Shown here piece after piece: positions 40,148 to 50,524 of a stretch of DNA of 64,000 nucleotides (position 1 is its first letter; each line of letters opens with the position of its first letter). Origin of the DNA: an uncultured delta proteobacterium (GTDB lineage: Bacteria; Desulfobacterota; Desulfobacteria; Desulfobacterales; QNYZ01); the NCBI GenBank assembly GCA_963845145.1, contig CAWJQU010000005.1, positions 896,001-960,000 on the forward strand, read 5' to 3'. The notes beneath the pieces were generated by a model. The model did no database searches. It was not told the DNA's origin and saw only the letters and a program-made list of their open reading frames with translations. The position numbers and the translations under genes were made by a program.

Positions 40148-40747
40148 TTAACCCAAGACAGCTTCGAGCTGGTCCAGACAACCGCCGTAGAAATGATCGG
40201 CTGATTTGACAATTTCAAAGCGGGTGGACGGGTTCCAAGCTTTGAGTCCTTTTTCGATTTCAGCCGGCGGCGCGATATCATCCCTGCCGCCGGTGACCAC
40301 CAAGGCCAGGCTGTCTATGGGGCCGATATCATCGAACGCAATCATGGAGACAGGCGGAGAAACCATCACCATCTGCTCAACATTCAACCCGGCGGATACC
40401 GCCCGGACGTTAACCCAGGCGCCAAAGGAATACCCTGCCAAATGAATCTCTTGGATGCCGTCATTGCGAAGGGTCTCTACCGCGGCGATAACGTCGGCCT
40501 GTTCGCCCCGGCCTTCATCGTAGCGCCCTTCACTATTACCGGTACCGCGAAAATTAAACCGCAGGGTAGCAAATCCCTTTTGCCGGTACACCTTGCGAAT
40601 GGTATCTACCACGGGGTTGTGCATGTCGCCGCCATAGAGCGGGTGGGGGTGGGTGATCACAATCCCTTTTTGAGATGAAGATGACTGGGTCTCCACCAGA
40701 GCGTCGATGCGTAAACCATCCGAATTAAATTGGCAGGACTGCTCCAT
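40148..40747 (-). CDS. Alpha/beta hydrolase
   Basis: HPHPLYGGDMHN, RFNFRGTG, GYSFG, DD, ADHFY. Confidence 0.9.
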   Translation of the reverse strand: MEQSCQFNSDGLRIDALVETQSSSSQKGIVITHPHPLYGGDMHNPVVDTIRKVYRQKGFATLRFNFRGTGNSEGRYDEGRGEQADVIAAVETLRNDGIQEIHLAGYSFGAWVNVRAVSAGLNVEQMVMVSPPVSMIAFDDIGPIDSLALVVTGGRDDIAPPAEIEKGLKAWNPSTRFEIVKSADHFYGGCLDQLEAVLG

Positions 40748-40773
40748 ATTAAGCCACCCCTTTTCTCGTTTAA

Positions 40774-41100
40774 CTATTTTATGGGCAAAACAATTCGCCG
40801 CTTATCCTCGTCCGGGTGTGGTCGATAGAGGATCGCCGTGTGGCCGATCGTACCGGCAATTTCACATTGGGTTGCGGACGTTATTTCGTTGATGATATTT
40901 TCTTTTTGCTCCCGCTCTTTGGATTCGATGAAACGAACCTTGATCAACTCATGGGCGGTAAGTGCCTCTTCAACGGTTTTTGTCAGCGCAGGGGTTATCC
41001 CCTTTTGGCCCACCATCACCACCGGTTTTAAAGCGTGAGCCAGCCCGCGCAAGTATTTTTTCTGATACCCGGCCAAAGGTTTCGATTTTTTTTCGTCCAT
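40774..41100 (-). CDS. yhbY: Ribosome assembly RNA-binding protein YhbY
   Basis: YLRGLAHALKPVVMVGQKG, HELIKV, IGHTAILYR. Confidence 0.93.
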   Translation of the reverse strand: MDEKKSKPLAGYQKKYLRGLAHALKPVVMVGQKGITPALTKTVEEALTAHELIKVRFIESKEREQKENIINEITSATQCEIAGTIGHTAILYRPHPDEDKRRIVLPIK

Positions 41101-41130
41101 TATTCATCCTTAATTGTTTATACTTATTGT

Positions 41131-42297
41131 TTATCTGGGGTTGCTGCTTGCCGGATTACCTCTCGACGAATTCCCGTTCAACACGCTCAGCAACGCATCA
41201 CCCAATGCGTTTACCTGCCAGGTGCGGATGCCGTCTATGGCTGTCAATTGCGCCGTGTCCGATGGGTTTGAGGCCGCGATGGCGCCGATCAGGGCGTTAT
41301 TGAAAAGCAATCCGGGGGGCAGGGCAAACTTCTCGGCAAGGGTTTCCCGACAGGCCTTCAGCGCCTTCATTCGTTTCGCCTGCTTGGTGCTTAACCTGGG
41401 ACGATTGTGTCGCGGATAGGCCGGAAGTGCCGTCGCTGACAAGCGCATACCGTCATCAATCGCCTTCAGCACCTCGTCGGCATACATGGCTATTTGCCTG
41501 TCACTCATGACCCGCATCTGTTTCAACGCTAGAGGGGATGCCGGTTTTTTCAAGGCCAATTGAAGCAACGTATGGTTGCCCATGATCTTAAATGCCGGCC
41601 GATCCTTTTTTTGGGCCATTTCATCACGGACGACCAAAAGCGCCTCCAACACCGCCAAGCTTCGCCGGTCAAGTTTTCCGGCACCGGAAAACTTTAAAAA
41701 AAACGGCTGCAGTTCCCGATCCGCCGGCCGCACGCCACTCAACAGCCGGCACTCCTCTTTAACCCATTCGTATCGCCGGGCGGTCTTAAGCTCTTTTTTC
41801 AGCATGCCGGCCAATTCAACAAGATGCGCCACATCGCCCATGGCATATTCGAGCATCTCATCGGGCAGGGGGCGTTTGGACCAGTCCTTTCTCTGGAATT
41901 TTTTATCCACTTGAACCTGAAACCGCTCGGACAATACATGACCCAAGCCAGATTGCGCCATTCCAAGAAATCGGCAAGCCAGCTCGGTATCGAACAGGTT
42001 GTTTATTCTGATCTTAAAATCCCGATACAACGAGCGGACATCATAATCGGCCCCATGAAAAATTTTTTCAACAGATTCATCGGCGAATAGGGGTGCCAGC
42101 GGTGACAAATCTTTAACCATCAGCGGGTCAATCGCCCAACGATGATCATTTTGAGCCATCTGAATCAGACACACCTTTTCTTGGTAATGGAACATGGAAT
42201 CGGCTTCCAGGTCCACCGCCACCGCCTGGGAACCGTCCAGAAGTCGGACAACTTCCTCTAAATCCTTTTTACTAGATATGTATTTATATTTTGTCAT
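41131..42297 (-). CDS. rnd: Ribonuclease D (3'-5' exonuclease + HRDC)
   Basis: AVDLEAD, CLIQ, KIFHGADYD, LFDTELA, DWSKRPL...YAMGD; two HRDC-like domains. Confidence 0.9.
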   Translation of the reverse strand: MTKYKYISSKKDLEEVVRLLDGSQAVAVDLEADSMFHYQEKVCLIQMAQNDHRWAIDPLMVKDLSPLAPLFADESVEKIFHGADYDVRSLYRDFKIRINNLFDTELACRFLGMAQSGLGHVLSERFQVQVDKKFQRKDWSKRPLPDEMLEYAMGDVAHLVELAGMLKKELKTARRYEWVKEECRLLSGVRPADRELQPFFLKFSGAGKLDRRSLAVLEALLVVRDEMAQKKDRPAFKIMGNHTLLQLALKKPASPLALKQMRVMSDRQIAMYADEVLKAIDDGMRLSATALPAYPRHNRPRLSTKQAKRMKALKACRETLAEKFALPPGLLFNNALIGAIAASNPSDTAQLTAIDGIRTWQVNALGDALLSVLNGNSSRGNPASSNPR

Positions 42298-42431
42298 AAC
42301 ACTCGCATCGTTTCCATCGGTCACCCAAGCCTTTTTCCTTGACCGCAAACTATAAATGCTTTAATTTCTAACCTTTATTAGAAGTTTTCGATCAACCTTT
42401 ATCATAATTAATACTATAACTGGCGAAAAAC

Positions 42432-44378
42432 ATGATCTCCTTAACATTTCCAGACGGAAGCGTAAAACAGTTTGACCTGCCCGTATCGGGCCACGAAATT
42501 GCAAAAAGTATCTCTGAGGGCCTGGCACGAAATGCCCTGGCGGTGGCCGTAAACGGTACGATCGTCGATATGGATTATCCTATCGATCACGACACCACCG
42601 TTCGGTTGATCACCACCCGGGACCCCGAAGGCCTTGAAATTATGCGCCACAGTGCCGCGCATGTCATGGCCCAGGCCATTTTAAATCTCTATAAAGATGC
42701 CAAGCTCACCATTGGGCCAGTGGTGGAAGACGGATTTTACTACGACATCGACATGCCGCCGGTTTCAAAAGACGATTTTGCTAAAATCGAAGCCGAGATG
42801 AAAAAAATCGTCAAGGCCAAACTTCCCATCGTCCGCAAAGAGGTCGCCAAAGATCAAGCTTTGACGTTCTATAAAGAGGAACCCTACAAGATCGAAATGA
42901 TCTCCGGTCTTGAAGATGGCACCATCTCTTTTTACGAGCAGGGCGACTTTACCGATCTTTGTCGGGGCCCCCATGTACCCCATACCGGTTTTATTCGAGC
43001 CTTTAAACTCATGAAGGTTTCCGGGGCCTATTGGCGGGCCGACCAGAGTCGGGAACAGCTGCAGCGTATTTACGGAACCGCCTTCTTTGACAAAAAAGAG
43101 CTTAAAAAACATCTGAAGTTCATCGAAGAGGCTAAAAAACGCAACCACCGGAAAATCGGCAACACGCTGAACCTGTTCAGTTTTCACGATGCCGCACCTG
43201 GGATGCCATTTTTTCACGCCAAAGGCATGGCTGTTTGGAATACGCTGATCGACTATTGGCGCGAGGAGCATATTGCGGCAGGTTATGTTGAGACCAAAAC
43301 GCCCATCATTTTAAAACGCAATCTGTGGGAACAGAGCGGACATTGGGAAAATTACCGCGAAAACATGTACTTTTCCGAAATCGATGAAGACGATTACGCC
43401 ATAAAACCGATGAACTGCCCGGGCGGAATGCTGATATTTAAAACCCAGCCGCACTCCTATCGGGACCTGCCCATTCGGGCCGCCGAAATCGGCCTGGTGC
43501 ATCGCCATGAGTTAAGCGGGGTCCTGTCCGGTCTGTTTCGGGTGCGCGCCTTTCATCAGGACGACGCCCATATCTTCATGACACCGGACCTGATTAAAGG
43601 GGAAATCGTCGGGGCCCTTGAGCTGGTCAACCGGATTTACAGCACTTTTGGCTTGGGCTTTCACCTGGAGTTGTCTACCCGCCCGGAAAAGTCTATCGGC
43701 TCTGACGCCCAATGGGAAATCGCCACCGAAGGGCTGCGCGCGGCCCTGGACGCCTACGGACAGGCGTACCAGCTAAACGAGGGTGATGGGGCTTTTTACG
43801 GGCCGAAAATCGATGTTCACATTAAAGACGCCCTTGGCCGAACCTGGCAATGCGGTACGATTCAACTGGACATGTCCCTGCCGGAAAGGTTCGATCTGGC
43901 CTATATCGGGGCGGATAATGAGAAACATCGTCCCATCATGATCCATCGCACGATTTACGGATCAATCGAACGCTTTTTCGGGATATTGATCGAACATTTT
44001 GCCGGTAAATTTCCCCTCTGGCTGGCTCCGGTACAGGTGATCTTGTTGCCGATCAACGATGATTTGGCCCCCTGGGCCAGAGACGTGGCCGCCTCGCTTC
44101 AAGGGTCCGGACTGCGCGTCGAAGTTGATGATCGCTCCGAGAGCCTCAACCGAAAAGTGCGCGATGCTCAGCTTCAATACATCCCACTGATCCTGACCCT
44201 TGGTCCCAAGGAGAAAGAATCGGGTACCTTCTCTGTACGAACATTGGCCGGCAAGGTTCATCACGGCATTGCACGGGATGTTTTTGTGAAACGCACCCTG
44301 CAACACATTCAAAGCCGTTCCTTGGAGCCGGAAATATTTCCGGAAATATTTGAGAGTTCGGAGGTTTCCGGCGATTAA
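42432..44378 (+). CDS. thrS: Threonyl-tRNA synthetase
   Basis: TGS domain; RHSAAH, DLCRGPH, KPMNCP, FYGPKID, WQCGTIQLD, IHRTIYGSIERF. Confidence 0.98.
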   Translation: MISLTFPDGSVKQFDLPVSGHEIAKSISEGLARNALAVAVNGTIVDMDYPIDHDTTVRLITTRDPEGLEIMRHSAAHVMAQAILNLYKDAKLTIGPVVEDGFYYDIDMPPVSKDDFAKIEAEMKKIVKAKLPIVRKEVAKDQALTFYKEEPYKIEMISGLEDGTISFYEQGDFTDLCRGPHVPHTGFIRAFKLMKVSGAYWRADQSREQLQRIYGTAFFDKKELKKHLKFIEEAKKRNHRKIGNTLNLFSFHDAAPGMPFFHAKGMAVWNTLIDYWREEHIAAGYVETKTPIILKRNLWEQSGHWENYRENMYFSEIDEDDYAIKPMNCPGGMLIFKTQPHSYRDLPIRAAEIGLVHRHELSGVLSGLFRVRAFHQDDAHIFMTPDLIKGEIVGALELVNRIYSTFGLGFHLELSTRPEKSIGSDAQWEIATEGLRAALDAYGQAYQLNEGDGAFYGPKIDVHIKDALGRTWQCGTIQLDMSLPERFDLAYIGADNEKHRPIMIHRTIYGSIERFFGILIEHFAGKFPLWLAPVQVILLPINDDLAPWARDVAASLQGSGLRVEVDDRSESLNRKVRDAQLQYIPLILTLGPKEKESGTFSVRTLAGKVHHGIARDVFVKRTLQHIQSRSLEPEIFPEIFESSEVSGD

Positions 44379-44820
44379 GCGTTTTATTTCTCACTGGTTA
44401 CCGGTCGTCGGCCTTTGCCTGCTGATATTCATTGAATCATCCGGGCCGCTTCCAGACCTGGCGCCGGAAGTGCCCATGCTGGATAAGGTTCTCCATTTTC
44501 TCGCCTGGGCCGTACTGGGTTTTCTCTTCTTTCGGGCTTATGCCGGGTCCCCTTCTTTGGCCCCCTACAGAAAGATACGGACCTGGAAAAACGGGCTGAT
44601 ATGGATCAGTTTTATTTCCGCCGCCCTTTACGGGGTCAGCGATGAGGTCCACCAGTATTTCGTTCCCTTTCGATCCGCAGATATCATGGATGTACTGGCC
44701 GATATCATCGGCAGCCTCTGTGGCGCATTTGGCGGGGCGCAGTGGTATCGTATTTTTCGTAAATCAGCCTCGGGGTCGGGGCATCCCTCGAAGCAGGCTT
44801 CAGTGGACCAAATTCATTGA
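44350..44820 (+). CDS. VanZ family membrane protein (start uncertain)
   Basis: DKVLHFLAW.VLG; YGVSDEVHQYFVPFRSADIMDVLAD. Confidence 0.82.
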   Translation: MRVRRFPAIKRFISHWLPVVGLCLLIFIESSGPLPDLAPEVPMLDKVLHFLAWAVLGFLFFRAYAGSPSLAPYRKIRTWKNGLIWISFISAALYGVSDEVHQYFVPFRSADIMDVLADIIGSLCGAFGGAQWYRIFRKSASGSGHPSKQASVDQIH

Positions 44821-44951
44821 CAAAACGGCCTGTTCCCGCTAAAGAAAATTGTTTGGCTCAGACGTTTGTATTGATAGCCGTCGAAGACCCTATTTGACAG
44901 CAATATTGTCTATAAGTTATAAAACACGTATTTGAAGGAGCGACCACTGTT

Positions 44952-47720
44952 ATGGAATCCCAACATGCGATAACCATCAATGGTAATCCACTGACGTTTT
45001 CGACCGGAGAAACCATTCTGGAAGTGGCCCGGCGAAACAGTATCGACATTCCGACCCTTTGCCACCTGAAAGCGGCATCCCCTACCGGGGTTTGCCGTGT
45101 GTGTGTGGTGGAAGTGAATGGCGCCCGAAATCTCATGTCGGCCTGTACAACGCCGGCCGTCGAAAATATGGTGGTTAAAACCGAATCGGAAAAAGTTGTG
45201 GCCGCCCGTCGTCTGGTTATTCAACTAATGCTCTCTTCCGGCAACCACAATTGTGCCATTCGGGGTTCGGATACCACCGACTGGGCTCAGTTTCAAATGG
45301 CCGTACATAAAGACGATGAGCATGCCGAACTTTGTCCGGTCTGGGGTGATTGCCGCCTTCAGGATCTGGCCTACCGGTATCAGGTTTCCGGAGACGGATT
45401 GGAAAGAGTAAAATCCCCATACCCCATGGAAACGGTGAATCCTTTTATCGTACGGGATTTTGCCCGTTGCGTGCAGTGCGGTCGCTGTGTACAGGCGTGC
45501 AACGAGGTCCAGGTGAACAATGCGATTGATTTCGGCTATCAAAGCGCCCGAACCAAGATTATTACCACTGGTGATCGCCCCCTGAAGGATTCCGATTGTG
45601 TTTTTTGCGGTGAATGCGTTCAAGTTTGCCCTGTGGGCGCCCTGGTGGAAAAAGATTCCCGTTATGCCGTGCGTCAATGGGCGGTCGAAAAAGTACGCAC
45701 CACCTGCAGTTATTGCGGCGTGGGCTGTCAGCTGGACCTGCATGTCCAAAACAACCGGGTCGTGAAGGTCACCGGTGCCGAAGGAACCGAGCCTAATAAC
45801 GGCAGCCTTTGCGTTAAAGGACGATTCGGATACGACTTTATTCATTCAGCCGAGCGGCTGACCCAACCGATGATACGAAAAGACGGCGAGTTGGTACCTG
45901 CCGGTTGGGACGAAGCCCTCGACTTGGTCGCCCAACGTTTCTCCACGATCAAGGACCAGACCGGGCCGGACAGCATCGGCCTGTTAACCAGCGCGCGTAT
46001 TTCCAACGAGGAGAACTATCTGGCCCAAAAGTGGGCCCGGGCGGTGGTAAAAACCAACAATGTGGATCATTGCGCCCGGCTCTGACATAGCTCCACCGTG
46101 GCCGGTCTGGCCGCAAGTTTCGGTAGTGGTGCCATGACGAATACCATCGCCTGTATCGAGAAGGCGGATGTGATTTTGATCACCGGCTCCAATACGTCCG
46201 AAAACCATCCGGTGCTTTCCAGTTTTGTAAAAAGGGCGGTCCATTTTAAGGACGCCCGCCTAATCGTGGTAGATCCCCGTCGAATTAAAATCGCCGGGTT
46301 CGCCCACCAATATTTGCGCCCCAACTTGGGAACCGATGTGGCCTGGATTAACGGCCTCATGCACGTCATTATTCGCGACGACCTTTACAATCATGATTTT
46401 GTCGAGTCCCGCACAGAGGGGTTTGAAGTACTCAAAGAAACCGTAGAGAAATACACACCGGAATATGTCGAGGAAATTACCGGCATTCCAGCCACCCAAA
46501 TTGAAGACGCGGCCCGTATGTACGCTCAGGCTAAAGTGGGCAGCATTCTCTATTGCATGGGCATCACCCAACACACCTCCGGCACCGACAATGTGAAGTC
46601 TTTGGCCAATCTGGCCATGTTGTGCGGCTTTTTAGGTGTCGAGGGCGGCGGCGTCAACCCGTTGCGGGGTCAAAACAACGTCCAGGGTGCCTGTGATATG
46701 GGCGGACTACCGGATGTCTATACGGCTTACCAGAAAGTCGATAACCCGGAACTTCGGGCCAAGATGGAAGTGGCCTGGGCGGTGACCGGCCTACCCGAAA
46801 AAGCGGGCATGAAAGTGACCGAGATGGTTCCTGCCGCCCATGATGGTAAAATGAAAGCGATGTATATCATCGGCGAAAACCCGCTGGTGTCGGACCCTGA
46901 TTTAAACCATGCTGAAAAGAGCTTCGGTAATCTCGATTTTCTCGTGGTTCAGGATATTTTCATGACCGAAACCGCAAAAGTTGCCGATGTGGTGTTGCCT
47001 TCCTGCTGTTTCGCCGAAAAAGACGGGACCTTTTCCAACACCGAACGCCGGGTTCAACGCATTCGCAAGGCGGTCAACCCGCCGGGTGAGGCTCGGGACG
47101 ATTGGCGGATTATCGCGGATATCTCCGCGCGTATGGGTTACGATATGGCCGTTTCAAGTGCTGAGGATATTTTTGAGGAAATTCGAAAAGTGACGCCTTC
47201 GTATGCCGGCATTAATTATTCCCGTATTGAAACCACGGGAATTCATTGGCCCTGCCCAACGGAGATACATCCCGGAACGCCTATTCTTCACACCGGACAG
47301 TTTACCCGGGGCAAGGGTCTTTTTCATGGCATCGAATGGCTTCCGCCGGCCGAGAAGGTGGATGACGACTATCCCCTCTATCTGACAACCGGTCGCGTTC
47401 TATATCACTATCATACCGGTACCATGACCATGAAAACAGAGGGGTTAAACGAGTGCGCCCCGAATTGTTTTGTGGAAATATCCGCTTCGGATGCCGACAA
47501 ATTTGGCGTGGAGGACGGGGCCCAGGCCGAGATTGCATCGCGACGTGGTACGATCACCGCGCGCGTCGCCATTTCCGATAAAGCCGCCTCGGGAACTGTT
47601 TTCATCCCGTTCCACTTTGCCCAGGCAGCCGCCAACAGGCTGACCAATGCCGAACTCGATCCAATTTCGGGCATTCCGGAATTTAAGGTGTGTGCGGTGA
47701 GCCTCTCCCGAGCGGCTTAA
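44952..47720 (+). CDS. fdhA: Selenocysteine-containing formate dehydrogenase alpha subunit (cytoplasmic, NuoG-like N-terminus)
   Basis: ORFs 44952-46085 and 46098-47720 are in frame and joined by TGA 46083-46085 in DHCARL-U-HSSTVAGL; 2Fe-2S and 4Fe-4S motifs; CSYCGVGC; PLRGQNNVQGACDMG. Confidence 0.95.
46086..46120 (+). promoter_or_regulatory. Bacterial SECIS element
   Basis: GTGGCC-GGTCT-GGCCGC hairpin at 46098-46114, just 3' of the UGA; apical GGUCU as in E. coli fdhF. Confidence 0.82.
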
Positions 47721-48526
47721 TGAAATACACTCCCAGGCGCCTGACAACCAATGTCAATGTCACGCCCACCTCTCCGCTGAAAGAGCTGGCGGTCCTGGTG
47801 GGCGGGCTGCTGGCCATTGTCCTGGGACTTTATATCCTTCTCGGGTTTGCCGTCGACCTGATCGCCCCCCGCATGTCGGTTGAACTCGAGAAGAAACTGG
47901 CCGCACCCTTTATCCGCCATTATGAAAACGGCACGCCGACTACCGAAGATGAAAAACGCCTGCAAGCCCTCGTAGACGATCTTCAATCCCGATGTACCAA
48001 CCTTCCTTATGACTTTAAGGTCCACCTTGTGGATTCCGAAGCCGTTAATGCCGCCGCCCTTCCAGGGGGACACATTCTTGTATTTCAGGGACTTCTGGAT
48101 CAGGTCTCTTCACTCAATTCGTTAACCTTTATACTGGCGCACGAGTTGGGCCACTATGCCAACCGGGATCATTTAAGGGGAATGGGTCGGGCGCTGGTTT
48201 TACTGACCGTGTCCGTAGCGCTTCTGGGATCTGATAATGCGGTGGGCGACCTGCTTTCAAAAGGGTTGAATGTTACCGAGATGGGTTTTTCGCGCAAACA
48301 GGAAACCCAGGCCGATGATTTCGGACTGAATGCCTTACATTGTGCATTTAGTCACGTGGCCGGGGCCACCGATTTTTTCGCAAAGATGTCCGAAGATCAG
48401 GATCCGGGCCGGTTCGGACATTATTTCGCTTCACACCCGGAAAACCGTCGCAGAATCGCCCATATTGAAAAGCGTATCAAGGATCTCGACTACCCGGCGG
48501 GAACGTTAACGCCGATGCCTGAATAA
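47720..48526 (+). CDS. M48 family metallopeptidase
   Basis: NAAALPGG, LAHELGH, FSRKQETQAD, SHP; ATG overlaps the fdhA stop (TAATG). Confidence 0.9.
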   Translation: MKYTPRRLTTNVNVTPTSPLKELAVLVGGLLAIVLGLYILLGFAVDLIAPRMSVELEKKLAAPFIRHYENGTPTTEDEKRLQALVDDLQSRCTNLPYDFKVHLVDSEAVNAAALPGGHILVFQGLLDQVSSLNSLTFILAHELGHYANRDHLRGMGRALVLLTVSVALLGSDNAVGDLLSKGLNVTEMGFSRKQETQADDFGLNALHCAFSHVAGATDFFAKMSEDQDPGRFGHYFASHPENRRRIAHIEKRIKDLDYPAGTLTPMPE

Positions 48527-48568
48527 TTTCACCAATTGGGTAAAAACTTTCAAAGCGTTCCGTTAGGA

Positions 48569-50524
48569 TTATACCGCGACCGTGGCCACCCGATAACAGC
48601 GTAAACAGCGTCGGGCTTCGGCAATGGCATCGGTATTGGGAAACCCCTGCTCGACCTCATCAAAAGTAAATTTGCGGCTCTCAGGGGGGAGCATCTTCAA
48701 ATGTTTGCGCGCCTGACCGCCGCCGAGCATGGGCATTTGCTCATCGCCATCAAAGACCGGCACCTTTTTAAATAACATATCAAAGTGCTCATTACGGATG
48801 GGCGCGATCGGTTTTTCGTTAATCAGGCAATCAATGCTTTCCGCGGCCCTTTTTCCACCGGCACATGCGGTAATCAATGCGCCAGGGCCAGTCTCACAGT
48901 CACCGGCGGAAAAAATCTTTTCCACCGACGTCTGCTTGGTCACCTCGTCGACAACGATGGTCCCCCAGGCGGTGGTTTCGATTCCGTCAACCCCCTCCAG
49001 AAGGGACATATCGGTTCGTTGGCCGATGGCCGGGACCACGGTATCACAATCGAAAACAAACTCCGACCCCTCCATCGGCACCGGTCTCCGGCGGCCACTC
49101 GCGTCCGGTTCACCCAATTCCAAACGAATGCATTCCAGACCTGTAACAACCCCGTTTTCCTGAAGAATACGAATCGGCGTGGTCAGATAATGAAAAATGA
49201 CCTTCTCCTCTTCGGCATCCACGATTTCCACTTCATCGGCCGGCATTTCGTTGCGGGTTCGGCGGTAAACCAGATTGACATCTTCCTTGCCGATGCGAAA
49301 TGAGCTTCGCACACAATCGATGGCCACGTTTCCGCCACCGATCACCACAACCCGCTTTCCCTCCGGATAGGGGTCGCGACCTTCGTTGATGTCCCTTAAA
49401 TATTGTACTCCGGGAATAAAACCCTTATAGCCTTTTTCTTCACCTTTAACCCGCATGGAACTACTTCCCTGGGCACCAACACCGATAAAAACGGCATCGC
49501 AATCGTTCACCAGGTCGGCCAGTTTGATATCTTTCCCGATTTTCACGTTATATTGAATCTCGACGCCCATTTTTTGAACTTGCTCCACTTCACCACGCAG
49601 GATGGGGCGGGGCAGTCGATAGTCGGGAATGCCCATGGCCGACATACCGCCCGGCTCCCCCAAACGCTCATAAACGGTGACCTTATGACCACGGCTGGCC
49701 AAATGATAGGCACAAGTCACCCCGGCCGGACCCGCCCCTATGATGGCAACTTTCCCGGTTTTCTTGGATGGTTTTATCGTATATTCCGGATATCGCTGCT
49801 GGGACAATTCATGATCGGCCACAAAGCGCTTTAAGTATTTTATCGAAATAGGTGCGTCCAGATGCGCCCGACGGCAATGTTCCTCGCACGGACGGACACA
49901 CACCCGGCCGACAAGACCCGGCAGGGGGAGTTTTTCCCGAATCACATTCAAGGCTTCATCGAACTTTCCTTCTCGAATATGTTCCACGTAGGTGGGTATG
50001 TCCAGATGAATAGGGCAGGCATCCATACACGGTGCCGTTTTTATCGATAAATATTTGCCCGAATCAATGGTTTCATTGGAAGAAAGAGCCTGTTCGAATT
50101 CAGCTTTAAAGTGATCCAAGGCATGTAAAATTGCCAGTGGTCCCGATTGGCCGATATCACATTTGGCCGTGGCGCTCACGGTTTCCCCCACAGTTTTAAG
50201 GGTAGCCAGATCGGCTTTTTTACCTTGGCCCTTGCATATTCGGTCTAGCGTTTGGGCCATAATCCCGGTACCGCGGCGGCAGGGAACACATTTCCCACAG
50301 GAGTGCTGATGTACGGCCGTCATATAGGCCCGGCACAGGTCAAGGACATTGACCTGGTCGTCTCGTACCACGAGGCCGTACCATCCGATCAGGGCACGAA
50401 TTTTCTCATCGGCCTGAAATTGTTCCGGCAGGTTTAAATGGCTGGCTCCCTCAAACTTCTCGGGGTTCTTACCCCGATTATCGACAACCTTACCTTCCCA
50501 CGAACTGAACAGAATCTTCTCCAT
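48569..50524 (-). CDS. FAD/NAD(P)-dependent Fe-S oxidoreductase (NuoF-type 4Fe-4S + GltD/NfnB-like), probable FDH partner
   Basis: SCGKCVPCRRG...C; APCMDACP; GRVCVRPCEEHC; GAGPAG; GIPDYRLP; GGGNVAID; YRRT; CLRC. Confidence 0.88.
   Translation of the reverse strand: MEKILFSSWEGKVVDNRGKNPEKFEGASHLNLPEQFQADEKIRALIGWYGLVVRDDQVNVLDLCRAYMTAVHQHSCGKCVPCRRGTGIMAQTLDRICKGQGKKADLATLKTVGETVSATAKCDIGQSGPLAILHALDHFKAEFEQALSSNETIDSGKYLSIKTAPCMDACPIHLDIPTYVEHIREGKFDEALNVIREKLPLPGLVGRVCVRPCEEHCRRAHLDAPISIKYLKRFVADHELSQQRYPEYTIKPSKKTGKVAIIGAGPAGVTCAYHLASRGHKVTVYERLGEPGGMSAMGIPDYRLPRPILRGEVEQVQKMGVEIQYNVKIGKDIKLADLVNDCDAVFIGVGAQGSSSMRVKGEEKGYKGFIPGVQYLRDINEGRDPYPEGKRVVVIGGGNVAIDCVRSSFRIGKEDVNLVYRRTRNEMPADEVEIVDAEEEKVIFHYLTTPIRILQENGVVTGLECIRLELGEPDASGRRRPVPMEGSEFVFDCDTVVPAIGQRTDMSLLEGVDGIETTAWGTIVVDEVTKQTSVEKIFSAGDCETGPGALITACAGGKRAAESIDCLINEKPIAPIRNEHFDMLFKKVPVFDGDEQMPMLGGGQARKHLKMLPPESRKFTFDEVEQGFPNTDAIAEARRCLRCYRVATVAV

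Noticed and set aside
44328..44351. 12-bp tandem duplication at the thrS end (CCGGAAATATTT x2); similar VVKK x2 in UvrD
   Set aside because: Two-copy in-frame microduplications in variable regions; no sign of function.
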